Source: Tepidisphaera sp.
GTDB taxonomy: Bacteria > Planctomycetota > Phycisphaerae > Phycisphaerales > UBA1924
Direction of reading: 5' to 3'
Length of the DNA stretch: 64,000 nucleotides
NCBI GenBank assembly: GCA_050916045.1
Contig: CP051526.1
Span: 2,976,001 to 3,040,000 of the forward strand
Shown: positions 8,529 to 19,351 of the stretch, piece by piece
Position numbering within the stretch: the stretch's first letter is position 1
Layout of the letters: each line of letters opens with the position of its first letter
Notes under the pieces: model-generated
The model's database searches: none
The model's input: only the letters and a program-made list of their open reading frames with translations
Told to the model about the DNA's origin: nothing
Translations under genes and position numbers: made by a program

Positions 8529-10520
8529 TTAGCAGCCGCGTTCGAAGGCTTGGACGAAGGCGTCGTAGTCAAAGAAGTCCACGAAGCCGTCGCCGTTCAT
8601 GTCGAGGACCATCTGCGGCGGGTTGTTGGCGGGGCAGCCGCTGACATCGCCCTCGAAGCAGGAGACGAAGTCGTCGTAGTCGAAGAAGTCGATGAAGCCG
8701 TCGTTGTTGAAGTCCGCCGGGCAGTCGACCTGGACGCGGCCCTCGCCGACGATGCGGAGTTCGGCATCGGGGTCGAGGCTGGTGTCGCGGCGGGTGTTCG
8801 CCCAGTCGGAGAGGCCGTCGCGGCCGCGGCCGAGTTCAAAGCCGCTGCCGCCGCGGAGGCCGTTCCACTTGGAATCGAGCTTGGGCTGCCACTGGCCGGC
8901 CGAGTTGCGTTCGAGGACGCGGACGGTGCCGTCGCAGGTGTAGATGAGGCGGCCCTGGCCGTCAAAGTGCGGGGCTTTGGGCTGCGTGCAGCCGGGGGTG
9001 GCGATGGTCTCGATCACCACCCAGCCGGCGGCGCCGGCGGGACGGCCGCAGCGGACGAGGCCGGAGAAGCCTTCGCGGGCGATGACGAACGTGCCGTCGA
9101 GGGGCGAGACGCCGATCTCGCAGCCGGCGGGCACGGGGATCGCGGTGGGGAAGGGCTCGGGGTCGTAGGGGCTGCAGCCATCGCCATCGACATCCCCCAC
9201 CGCGATGAACACACCACCGGCGGTGTTCTTCGTGATCGCGATCAACTCGTAGTCGAACTGGTCGCCGTCGGTCATCGGGTCGGTCGTGCCGCAGGCGAGG
9301 AGGACGTGCTCGCGGGTGGACCACTCGATCGGAGGCAGCGTCGGGTTCGCGGGGTCGATCGCGCGGACGTTGCCCCCGGCCAGGCCGAAGAAGTAGCGGC
9401 CATCGGGGCCGAAGCAGCCGCCGCCCTGAGGAACGGGGCCGACGCGGAGCCACTCACGGGTGCCGAGGTTGCAGGTCCAGAGGCCGGGGTCGGCCGCTCC
9501 GCCGCGTTCACCGTCGAGGGTGACGACGGCGATGGGGAGGGCGGGGTGGCGCTTGACGCGGGCGGCGGCTTCGCGGATCTTCTGGACGGCGGGGAGGAGC
9601 AGGCCGATGTGGGTCGGATCGGCGCCGTTGGTGATGCCCATGTTGAGGTCGATGAACTTCTGGGCGGAGAGAATGCCCTGCGTAGCGTCGACCGAGAGCC
9701 CCTCGGTGGGCCAGATCACCGCCATGCCGTCGATGACGCGGAGGCGGCCGTCCTCGAAAGCCTCGTCGAGGATGGTGTAGCTCTGCAGGGCGCCGGGGTT
9801 GTCGCCGGGCTCACCCGCGAAGAACGCGGTCACCTGACGGACGGGGAAGTAGGTGGTCTGGAAGGGAGACTGCTCGGTGAGGCTGTCGCTGGAGGAAGGA
9901 TTGCGGTAGCCGATGGAAGCGTTGTTGGAGCAGCCGTTGAGCACGGCGGTCAGGGTGACGCAGTGGCCGCCGTCGCGGACCCAGCGGTTGGGAAGGCCGC
10001 CGCCGGCGGGGAAGAAGTCGTAGCGGCCGTAGCAGAAGGTCATGAGGCAGCCGGCGGTCATCAGGCCGTACATCGCCTGCGAGGTGGGGCCCACGCCGTT
10101 GCCGAAGTAGCTTGAGATCTGGAACTCGTCGGGGTAGGAAGCGAGGATGCGGTTGCGGGCGCCCGGCATCATGCTGCCGCCGTCGAAGGGATCAACCTGG
10201 CAGTAGAACTGCGTGAGGTTGATGTAGGCGGTGCCGGCCGCGTAGTGGTTCTGCCAGTCCTTGGCGCCCAGACAGAGGTTGGGGAAGCCGAAGTTGTTGA
10301 GGTAGCCGACGTGGTTGCTGACCGAGGTCGGGGCGCAGAACATCTTGCCGTCGTTGGGGAGGCCCATGATGTTCCCCTGCGTGGCCCGCTTCTGGTCAAG
10401 GTCGGGCACGCCGACGCGGTAGACGCTGCATCCCTCATCCGCGCGGGCCAGATTCGCCGAAAGACCGCCCATCGCGGTCCCCGCGGCGAGCACCATCATC
10501 ATCGTGTTCTTCGTGTTCAT
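8529..10520 (-). CDS. Secreted papain-like (C39-type) cysteine peptidase-like protein with C-terminal GC-type dockerin domain
   Basis: Signal peptide; VPDLDQKR..MFCAPTS, GGHCVTL, YRNP (candidate Cys-His-Asn); C-terminal CPADFNNDGFIDFFDY...DMNGDGFVDFFDYDAFVQAFERGC; GGAG SD. Confidence 0.85.
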   Translation of the reverse strand: MNTKNTMMMVLAAGTAMGGLSANLARADEGCSVYRVGVPDLDQKRATQGNIMGLPNDGKMFCAPTSVSNHVGYLNNFGFPNLCLGAKDWQNHYAAGTAYINLTQFYCQVDPFDGGSMMPGARNRILASYPDEFQISSYFGNGVGPTSQAMYGLMTAGCLMTFCYGRYDFFPAGGGLPNRWVRDGGHCVTLTAVLNGCSNNASIGYRNPSSSDSLTEQSPFQTTYFPVRQVTAFFAGEPGDNPGALQSYTILDEAFEDGRLRVIDGMAVIWPTEGLSVDATQGILSAQKFIDLNMGITNGADPTHIGLLLPAVQKIREAAARVKRHPALPIAVVTLDGERGGAADPGLWTCNLGTREWLRVGPVPQGGGCFGPDGRYFFGLAGGNVRAIDPANPTLPPIEWSTREHVLLACGTTDPMTDGDQFDYELIAITKNTAGGVFIAVGDVDGDGCSPYDPEPFPTAIPVPAGCEIGVSPLDGTFVIAREGFSGLVRCGRPAGAAGWVVIETIATPGCTQPKAPHFDGQGRLIYTCDGTVRVLERNSAGQWQPKLDSKWNGLRGGSGFELGRGRDGLSDWANTRRDTSLDPDAELRIVGEGRVQVDCPADFNNDGFIDFFDYDDFVSCFEGDVSGCPANNPPQMVLDMNGDGFVDFFDYDAFVQAFERGC

Positions 10521-10846
10521 GACTGTTCTCCGAGCCGGTGGTTGTCCGCGGGTCGCGGCGGGCTATCCCCTCTGGAAGCCCGTGCCGAGATCCGCGGGTG
10601 CACCGCTCAACAGAACAAGTGCGCGGCGGGGGCGGGTGTGACCGCGATTTCTCGCTGAATTTCAGGGAGAGAACGGGTGGAAATTCGTGGCGACGGCGCG
10701 CAGATGAGGCGGGCCCGAGTCTTGATCGCCGGTTCCCGACCGCCGCGTGCTGGGTGCAGGACCGAGCGGTCCGGACGGGCGGCCCGGATAATCCAGGTCC
10801 CGAGGCTGGGCTTCCGCGATGCGGGAGGGTTCGCTAAACTCCGCTC

Positions 10847-11104
10847 ATGGTCTCCTTCGGCCCCAATCCGCCGCCCGAGGCACGCGGGTACTCGGACGAG
10901 TACCCGGAGGATCCGGGCGCGAAAGCACGCCGCGAGCATTCGGAGTGGCTGACGTGGGCGCTGAGGTCCGGGAAGAACTTCCCCCGGATCCCGCTTCGGG
11001 CGTCCGGCACAGGGGGTTGGGATTGGTTGACGGCGACGCCTCACGGCCGGGGTCTGGCTGGCCGATGGTGGAAAGCGGCCCTGCGGCGGATCATCGGCCC
11101 GTGA
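10847..11104 (+). CDS. Small hypothetical protein
   Basis: ATG 6 nt after TAAACT; fills the intergenic gap. Confidence 0.6.
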   Translation: MVSFGPNPPPEARGYSDEYPEDPGAKARREHSEWLTWALRSGKNFPRIPLRASGTGGWDWLTATPHGRGLAGRWWKAALRRIIGP

Positions 11105-11162
11105 GCGGGCGTGAGCGACCTGACGCCGACCTTTCGGGCTTGCGGGACGTACACTCGAAACC

Positions 11163-11990
11163 ATGGCCGCTACACAATGGACGAAACTGAACCCCCGCTG
11201 GCTCTTCAAACAGGCCGCGATGTCGCTCCTCTTTCTGGGATTTGGGATCTGGGGGCTTTACGACGCCATGATCCTGTATCCCAACCGGGGCGTGGCGTAC
11301 GCGGACTTCATGCGGTTTAACTACCTCAAGGAAGCCAAGATGCAGGGCGGGGCGGACTGGGCGGAACCGAGCATCGCGGACCCCAAGGCCGAGTACGAGA
11401 AGCTCCACAAGAACCTTGAGGGGCAGAAGGACACCCTCGCCCGCGCCAAGCACGACTGGCTTGAGGCCCTCCGCGTCGTCCATCGCCTCGATCCGGCGCA
11501 CACGCAGATCGCCAAGCCGAGCGAGGACCACGACGTGCTCGCCAAGCGGTTCACGACGACCTCCGGCACCGCGGAAAGCCCGAAAAAGCTCGAGTCCTAC
11601 GACGTTCCGGTCCAGTGGATCATCTTCTACTGCGGCACGGGCATCGGGCTGATCATGTTCGGGTTCGCGGGGGTGGTCGCACGCCACCGGTACGGCTGGA
11701 ACCCCGAGACCAAGACCCTCACGCTGCCCAGAAGCCTCGGTGGGAGCGACCTGACGCTTGAACTCTGCGAGGACTTCGACCGCCGCAAGTGGGACAAGTT
11801 CCTCATGTTCGTCAAGGTCTCCTCGGCCCACCCGACGCTGGCCGGACGCGAGCTGAAGTTCGACCTGCTTCGCTACGTCCCGCTGGAATCGTGGATCGTC
11901 GAGATGGAGCACACGAAGTTCCCCGACCGTGCCAAGCCGCAGACCCCGCCGGATGATGGAATCGTGGCCCCGACGGCCGCGACACCCTGA
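11163..11990 (+). CDS. Hypothetical membrane protein (2 TM)
   Basis: Two hydrophobic segments, strong coding bias, TACACT 7 nt upstream. Confidence 0.8.
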   Translation: MAATQWTKLNPRWLFKQAAMSLLFLGFGIWGLYDAMILYPNRGVAYADFMRFNYLKEAKMQGGADWAEPSIADPKAEYEKLHKNLEGQKDTLARAKHDWLEALRVVHRLDPAHTQIAKPSEDHDVLAKRFTTTSGTAESPKKLESYDVPVQWIIFYCGTGIGLIMFGFAGVVARHRYGWNPETKTLTLPRSLGGSDLTLELCEDFDRRKWDKFLMFVKVSSAHPTLAGRELKFDLLRYVPLESWIVEMEHTKFPDRAKPQTPPDDGIVAPTAATP

Positions 11991-12082
11991 GCCCGTCAAG
12001 GATCCGACAAGAATGATCGGGAAGCGGTACAATGGATCGTGCAGGACCTCTCGGGGACCGCAACCCGTGGTATTCTGCGCCG

Positions 12083-13717
12083 ATGACATCCGTGCGGACG
12101 ATTCGGCCTGTCGAAGAATCTGACACCGTGAGCCGTGAGGGCAGAGCTGCCGCCCAGCCTTCCGGACCACCGGGCCCCCAAAGGCTCAGCCGCATGACCA
12201 AACCTCAGAAATCCGTTCCACCCGCGACCGTCGAACCGGCCCGGGGTTCCTCCCGCACGTCCTCGCGGACCGCGCCCCGTCGGCAGAGCGACCCGGTGCC
12301 CGCGATCCGGACGTTCGTGATTGACACCAACGTGGTGCTCCACAACCCCATGGCGCTCTTCGTCTTCGCCGAGCACGATCTGGTGATCCCCTTCACCGTG
12401 ATCGAAGAGCTCGACAAGATGAAGCGGAAGGATGACGACCTGGGCCGCAACGCCCGCGAGTGCATCCGCCAGCTCGACTGGCTTCGCACCAAGGGCTCGC
12501 TGACCGACGGCGTGAACTGGGGCGAGCATTCGCCGCGCGTGGGGCAAGCGGCCAAGGTCGGGCCCGACGGCAAGACGGGGTCGATCCGCATCGACGTCTC
12601 GGAGTACGACAGGCCGTCGGCGCTGATTGAAGAATCGCCCGACAATCGCATCATCGCCGTCGCGTGGCACCTCAAGCAGCGCGGAGCGAACGTCACGTTC
12701 GTCTCCAAGGACCTCGCCGCACGCATCAAGAGTGATTCCCTCGGCATCGGCACCGAGGATTTCGAGAACCAGAAGGTCGACGCCGACCGCCTCTACACCG
12801 GCGCGGTCGCGGTCGAAACGGACGGCTCGCTGATCGACGAGATGTACCGCGACCGGATGCTCCCGATGTCCAAGCTCGAGCCGCTTCTGGTCGAGCGCCA
12901 GTACGACGGGTCGGTGGTGCACCGCCCGGTGCTCGCGAACCAGTTCGTCATGCTCAAGGACAACGCGGATGAGCATCACTCGGGGCTGGGTCGGCGTCTG
13001 GCGGACACGGACCACATCATCCCGGTGACGAACCAGCGCAAGCCGGTTTTCGGCATCATCGCTCGCAACTCGCAGCAGACGATGGCTCTGGACCTGCTGA
13101 TGGATGATGAGATCAAGTTCCTGACGCTCCTGGGCTCGGCGGGCACGGGTAAGACGCTCGTCGCGATCGCGGCGGGGATGGCGAAGGTCTTCTCGGAGGA
13201 GCGGTACGACAAGCTTCTGGTCGCGCGGCCGATCATGCCCCTCGGGCGGGACATCGGGTACCTCCCGGGCGACAAGGACGAGAAGCTGACCGCGTGGATG
13301 CAGCCGATCTTCGACAACCTGCAGTACCTCATGTCCACCCGGGGCGCGCAGAGCGGAGCCGCCGACAGCCACTCGACCGAGCAACGCATCCAGAAGCTCA
13401 TGGCCGACGGCAAGCTCGTCCTGGAGCCGCTGACCTACATCCGAGGCCGGTCCATCCCGCATCAGTTCATGATCGTCGATGAAGCCCAGAACCTCACGCC
13501 GCACGAGGTCAAAACCATCGTCTCGCGTGTCGGCGAAGGGACCAAGCTGATCCTCACCGGCGACATCCAGCAGATCGACAACCCGTATCTGGATTCGTCG
13601 TCCAACGGCTTGTCGTACGCGATCGAACGGATGAAGGGCGTCTCGCTGTACGGGCACGTCACGCTGGCCAAGAGCGAGCGCTCGGAACTGGCGAGCATCG
13701 CGGCGGCGCGGCTTTAG
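12083..13717 (+). CDS. PIN-PhoH family ATPase (PhoH2/YlaK-like)
   Basis: FVIDTNVVLH PIN motif, GSAGTGKT Walker A, GYLPG, YIRGRS, IVDEAQN, TGDIQQID, ERSELA. Confidence 0.95.
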   Translation: MTSVRTIRPVEESDTVSREGRAAAQPSGPPGPQRLSRMTKPQKSVPPATVEPARGSSRTSSRTAPRRQSDPVPAIRTFVIDTNVVLHNPMALFVFAEHDLVIPFTVIEELDKMKRKDDDLGRNARECIRQLDWLRTKGSLTDGVNWGEHSPRVGQAAKVGPDGKTGSIRIDVSEYDRPSALIEESPDNRIIAVAWHLKQRGANVTFVSKDLAARIKSDSLGIGTEDFENQKVDADRLYTGAVAVETDGSLIDEMYRDRMLPMSKLEPLLVERQYDGSVVHRPVLANQFVMLKDNADEHHSGLGRRLADTDHIIPVTNQRKPVFGIIARNSQQTMALDLLMDDEIKFLTLLGSAGTGKTLVAIAAGMAKVFSEERYDKLLVARPIMPLGRDIGYLPGDKDEKLTAWMQPIFDNLQYLMSTRGAQSGAADSHSTEQRIQKLMADGKLVLEPLTYIRGRSIPHQFMIVDEAQNLTPHEVKTIVSRVGEGTKLILTGDIQQIDNPYLDSSSNGLSYAIERMKGVSLYGHVTLAKSERSELASIAAARL

Positions 13718-13727
13718 AAGCCGTCGT

Positions 13728-14477
13728 CTACCTCCGACCGACGACGTACACGACGTAGTTCTCGTCGAGTTCATCGCCGGACTGGATCGGAGAGACGTAG
13801 AGGTTGCCGTCCGAATCGATCGCGTCGCCCATGCGGGCGTAGACGTCGACCGCGCGGAACCCTGCGTCCATCATCGCGTCGCGCACTTCGGGGATGGACC
13901 AGATCCGCCAGTGGTAGACGAAAGCGTCGGGATATCGCTTGGCTTTGCCGCTCGCGGTCACGACGAAGCTGAGCGTGTCGAGCACGAGGTTGGTCGCAGG
14001 GTCGGTTTCGCGCTGCTCCCAGGTATACTCGACGCCCTGGCCGGCGGGTCCGCGGAGCTTGCGGCGGATCTTGAGCGGCCTCATCGCGTCACGGCCGCCG
14101 TAAAGGTCGGCGAGCAGGACGCCGTGTGGTTTCAGGCACGCCCGGGCGTGCTTGAGGTACCTGACGAGGTCGCCGCGCTGGTGAAAGTACCCGAGGGGGA
14201 AGTTGGTCGCGGCGATGATGTCGGCTTTCACGCGACACCTGAGGACGTCGGCGCGGACGGCTCGCACGCTCGGCCCTTTCACGCGGGCGAGGGGCTTGGC
14301 ATCCTGGTCGACGGCGACCGCCGAGCCGTAAGCCCTCCCCCACTCCTTGGCGAGAGCCCCTGTGCCGGAGAAGTCCTCGCGGAGGACGCGAGGCTTGCGG
14401 CCGTGGGCGGCTTTGGCGAAGCGCGCGAGCCTGGGCGCGTCGGTCACGCAGAGTTCGTAGAGGTCGAAGGGGTTCAT
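13728..14477 (-). CDS. Class I SAM-dependent methyltransferase
   Basis: LREDFSGTGALA, AVAVD, ADII, LKPHGVLLADL. Confidence 0.85.
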   Translation of the reverse strand: MNPFDLYELCVTDAPRLARFAKAAHGRKPRVLREDFSGTGALAKEWGRAYGSAVAVDQDAKPLARVKGPSVRAVRADVLRCRVKADIIAATNFPLGYFHQRGDLVRYLKHARACLKPHGVLLADLYGGRDAMRPLKIRRKLRGPAGQGVEYTWEQRETDPATNLVLDTLSFVVTASGKAKRYPDAFVYHWRIWSIPEVRDAMMDAGFRAVDVYARMGDAIDSDGNLYVSPIQSGDELDENYVVYVVGRR

Positions 14478-14483
14478 GGACGA

Positions 14484-15850
14484 TCAGGCCATCCGGATCC
14501 AGCGGATGAGGGTCGAGATGTTCGGCGGCTTGCCGTACATCAGGACGCCGATCCTGAAGATCTTGGCGGCCATCCATGCCATCACGACGACCGTGAGGAT
14601 TCCCAGGACGATCGTCGCGGGGATCTGCCAGATCGGAACAGACTCGGCCCCGGCGAGGCGCAGGATCATGATGAACGGGGAGATGGGCGGAACGAACGAA
14701 CAGATCTGAGCAAAGGTGGAGTTGGGGTTCTGAAGGATCGGCATCCAGAGCATCATGGGGATGACGAGGATGATCATGACGGGCCCGATGAGCGACTGGG
14801 CCTCCCGGATGTCGGAGACCGCGGAGCCGACGGCCGCGAAGAGGCACGCGATGCTCGCGAACGCGATCATGAAGTAGATGACGAGGTACACGAGCATCAT
14901 CGGGTCGATGATGTCGAACATCGTCGCGGAGATGAGCGCGACGATGCCGGCTCCGGCGTAAACCAGCAGGATCAGGAGCCCGACGCACGCCTGACCCGCG
15001 ATCTTTCCGGCGAGGAGTTGCATGGGCGAGACGGCGGAGAGGAGGACCTCCATGACGCGGCTGGACTTCTCCTCGATGGTCGATGTCAGCAGGTATTGCC
15101 CGCTGGTGAACACGGCGATCCAGATCAGGAACATGAAGGCGCCGGGGATCATCAGCTTGGCGATTTCATTGGTCTTGACGGTGCCTTCGCGGGTCACGCT
15201 TCTGACCTCGCCTCGGGGCGGGTTGGAGAGTTGGCGAACCCGGACAGGGTCGAGCCCCGCCGCGCGGATACGGGCTTCGACGACCGATCGGCGTGCGGCG
15301 TCCTCGATGAGCCCGATCCATTGAACGGCGAGCTTGGGCGAGTGGAGCACCTCGTAGGACGCCGGGTCCTTCCCATCGACGGGACGGACGACCTCCGCGG
15401 GAATGACGACGACGGCCAGTCGGGTTTCGGTCGTTCCCGAGTTCTTCGCGTCGGCGTTCAGGATCTCCTGGCGTGCCACCTCGGGATCGGTGTCCGGGGG
15501 AAGGACACGGACCTCGACGTTGGCCGAGCCCATCGCCTGCTCGACACCCTGCTTGATCATCTTGTCGCCGCCGGCGGCTTTGACGACCGAGGACTCCTTG
15601 TCGAAGAACTTCGCCATGCGCTCGGCGACGGACTCGGGGGAGAGTTCCTTGGTGAAGGCCTGTGCGACTTCTCCCGACCGGTCGATGAGGGCGACGTGCC
15701 CGGAGATCTTGGGGGCGGCGCCGCGCATGAGCAGGATCATCAGCGGGACCATGACCACCGCGAGGAGGGGCGGCAGGAAAATCCCGATGATGAAGCCCTT
15801 GGTGGCAACAGTCGCCCAGAACTCCCGGATCGCGACCTGGATCGTCTTGT

Positions 15851-15854
<4 letters not shown>
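14484..15854 (-). CDS. ABC-2 type transporter permease
   Basis: EEKSSRVMEVLLS, LLAGKI, PPISPF, KIFRIGVLMYG. Confidence 0.93.
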
Positions 15855-16822
<968 letters not shown>

Positions 16823-16907
16823 GCGACCTCCGTGGTACGGGCGAGGAGCCCGACGCAGATGGTACCACGCCAACCCGCACCCGCGCGGAACCCCTATTCT
16901 TCGCCCG

Positions 16908-18029
16908 ATGCCCGAATCCGCGGCTCCAACGCCCGCCAGCCTTTTCCGCGTCCCCGAGAACGTCCTGCTCAAACTCGACGACCTGTCGAAGCAGCACGCG
17001 GAGATCTCGGCGATGCTCGAGGACCCCGCCGTCGTCACGGACCACCGCCGCGTCCGCGACCTCTCGGTCAAGCGTGCCGCTCTCGACCCCGTCGTCGACA
17101 GCTACCGGGAGTTCCGGCGGGTCTCAAGGGACGCGGCCGACCTGGACGCGGCGACCAAGCCGGGCGGGGACCCGGACCTGGCGGCGATGGCTTTCGAAGA
17201 ACTTCCGGTGCTCCGCGAGCGTGGGGAACGGCTTGTGCGGGAGATGACCTCGCGGCTTGTGACTTCCGATGACAACAAGGTCGGCTCAGTCATCTTGGAG
17301 ATCCGGGCCGGAACGGGCGGGGATGAAGCGTGCTTGTGGGCGGCGGACCTCTTGGGGATGTACCAGAAGTACGCCGCGACTCGCGGGTGGCAGTTCGAGG
17401 TGCTCGACGCCGTCACCGAGGGGATCGCCGGCGGCGTTCGCGGCGCGACCGTCAGCGTCCGCGGCGCCGGCGTCTGGTCCGAGCTTGCGTTCGAAGCCGG
17501 GGTCCACTCCGTCAAGCGCGTCCCCGCGACGGAAACCCAAGGCCGCATCCACACCTCGACCGCCACCGTCGCCGTCCTCCCCGAAGCCGAAGAGGTCGAC
17601 GTCAAAGTCGACTGGGCGGCGGATGTCGAGGAATCCGCGACCCGCTCGCAGGGCCCCGGCGGCCAGAACGTCAACAAAGTCGAGTCCGCCTGGCAGATCC
17701 ACCACAAAGCCTCGGGCATCATCATCAAGATGATGGAAGCCAAGAGCCAGCAGCAGAACAAGGAACGCGCCCGCCGCTTGCTCGTCACGCGCCTGGCCGA
17801 ACTCGAACGCCAACGCCAGCACGCGGACCGCTCGGCGGCTCGCAAGACCCAGATCCGCGGCGGCGAGCGGAGCGACAAGATCCGCACGTACCGCTGGAAG
17901 GAAGGGATCGTCGCGGATGAACGCTTGCCGGGCGAGTACCGCCTCCACGAGATGATCGCGGGCGACCTGTCGAAGATCATGAAGGACCTGGTGGAGCAGG
18001 AGACGGCGAAGAGGCTGGCGGAGCTATGA
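16908..18029 (+). CDS. prfA: Peptide chain release factor 1
   Basis: EIRAGTGGDEA, VPATE (PxT motif), GRIHTSTATVAVLPE, GPGGQNVNK, RSDKIRTY. Confidence 0.95.
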   Translation: MPESAAPTPASLFRVPENVLLKLDDLSKQHAEISAMLEDPAVVTDHRRVRDLSVKRAALDPVVDSYREFRRVSRDAADLDAATKPGGDPDLAAMAFEELPVLRERGERLVREMTSRLVTSDDNKVGSVILEIRAGTGGDEACLWAADLLGMYQKYAATRGWQFEVLDAVTEGIAGGVRGATVSVRGAGVWSELAFEAGVHSVKRVPATETQGRIHTSTATVAVLPEAEEVDVKVDWAADVEESATRSQGPGGQNVNKVESAWQIHHKASGIIIKMMEAKSQQQNKERARRLLVTRLAELERQRQHADRSAARKTQIRGGERSDKIRTYRWKEGIVADERLPGEYRLHEMIAGDLSKIMKDLVEQETAKRLAEL

Positions 18030-19342
18030 AGGCGGACGTCGACATCGCCATCATCGGCTCCGGCGCCGCCGGCCTCTTCGCGGGCATCTGGGCGGGACGC
18101 ACCCCCACGACCACCCCCACGTGCACCCCCACGAGCCCCGGGCGCCAGCGAGCGGGTCTTTCCATCCTCGCCCTCGACGGCGCGAAGAAGCTCGGAGCCA
18201 AGATCCTCGTCGCCGGCGGGGGCCGCTGCAACGTCACGCACCACGCCGTCGATGAGCAGCAGTACGCCGGAAGCAGCCGCAACGCCATCAAGAAGGTCCT
18301 CCGCCGGTTCGATGTCCCCGAGACCATCGCCTTCTTCCGCGAGCTGGGCGTCCACCTCAAACGCGATGAGACCGGCAAGCTCTTTCCGACCACCGACGAT
18401 GCCCACACCGTGCTCAATGCGCTGCTGGACGCTTCGCGGCGGGCGGGGGTTGAGCTTCGGTACCCGTGGCGGGTCGCGAGCGTCGCGAAGGACGGGGACG
18501 GGTTTGTGATTCAGGGTGAAGGGCCCAGCAAAGAACCCTTGCTGGCGCTGCGGGCTCGTCAAGTCATCCTGGCCACCGGCGGGATGGCTCTGCCGAAGAC
18601 CGGGTCCGACGGGCACGGATACTCGATCGCGAAAGGCCTCGGGCACACGATCACGCCGCGCGTCTTTCCCGCTCTCGTGCCGCTGACCCTCCCTAAAGAT
18701 CACTGGATCTGCTCGCTCTCGGGCATCACGCTCGACACGACGCTCGAGCTCCGCTCCGCCACCAACAAGAAGCTCAAGTACTTCACCAACTCCACCCTCT
18801 GCACGCATTTCGGCCTCTCCGGCCCCGGCCCGCTCGACATCAGCCGGTACTACACCGCGAGCAAGCACGAGGATGCCGGGACCCGCCTCGTCATGAACTG
18901 GCTCCCCGGCGAAACCATCGAATCCATCGACGCCGCCCTGCAGCAGCTGGGCAAGGTCTCCCCCGGACGCATGCTCCGCGAACGCGGCTTGCCCGACCGC
19001 GTCGCCGAGAGCATCTGCCAAGCCGCCGGCGTCGACCCCGGCGTGGCCGGCCACACGATGATCCGCGACAACCGCAAGAACCTCGCCCAGATGATCGTCG
19101 AAACCCCGCTCCCGATCTCCGGCGACCGCGGGTTCACGTACGCCGAGGTCACCGCCGGCGGCATCCCGCTCGGCGAGATCCACCTCGAAACGATGGAAAG
19201 CCGCGTCTGCCCGGGCTTGTACCTCTGCGGCGAGATCTGCGATGTCGACGGCCGCATCGGCGGGTTCAACTTCCAATGGGCGTGGGCGAGCGGGTTCGTG
19301 GCGGGGTCAAGCGCGGCGCGTCACGCGCATGGCGACCTATGA
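18026..19342 (+). CDS. HI0933/BaiN family flavoprotein oxidoreductase
   Basis: IIGSGAAGL, KILVAGGGRCNVT, LATGG, THFGLSGP, VTAGG, GLYLCGE, GGFNFQWAWASG. Confidence 0.95.
   Translation: MKADVDIAIIGSGAAGLFAGIWAGRTPTTTPTCTPTSPGRQRAGLSILALDGAKKLGAKILVAGGGRCNVTHHAVDEQQYAGSSRNAIKKVLRRFDVPETIAFFRELGVHLKRDETGKLFPTTDDAHTVLNALLDASRRAGVELRYPWRVASVAKDGDGFVIQGEGPSKEPLLALRARQVILATGGMALPKTGSDGHGYSIAKGLGHTITPRVFPALVPLTLPKDHWICSLSGITLDTTLELRSATNKKLKYFTNSTLCTHFGLSGPGPLDISRYYTASKHEDAGTRLVMNWLPGETIESIDAALQQLGKVSPGRMLRERGLPDRVAESICQAAGVDPGVAGHTMIRDNRKNLAQMIVETPLPISGDRGFTYAEVTAGGIPLGEIHLETMESRVCPGLYLCGEICDVDGRIGGFNFQWAWASGFVAGSSAARHAHGDL
18101..18136 (+). repeat. 3 x 12-bp in-frame tandem repeat (ACCCCCACGnnC)
   Basis: ACCCCCACGACC / ACCCCCACGTGC / ACCCCCACGAGC, encoding TPTT-TPTC-TPTS. 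Confidence 0.85.
18536..18559 (+). repeat. REP-like dispersed 24-bp element, copy inside a CDS
   Basis: CCCTTGCTGGCGCTGCGGGCTCGT, identical to 62227-62250 and to the reverse complement of 21539-21562. Confidence 0.9.
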
Positions 19343-19351
19343 TCCGATGTT

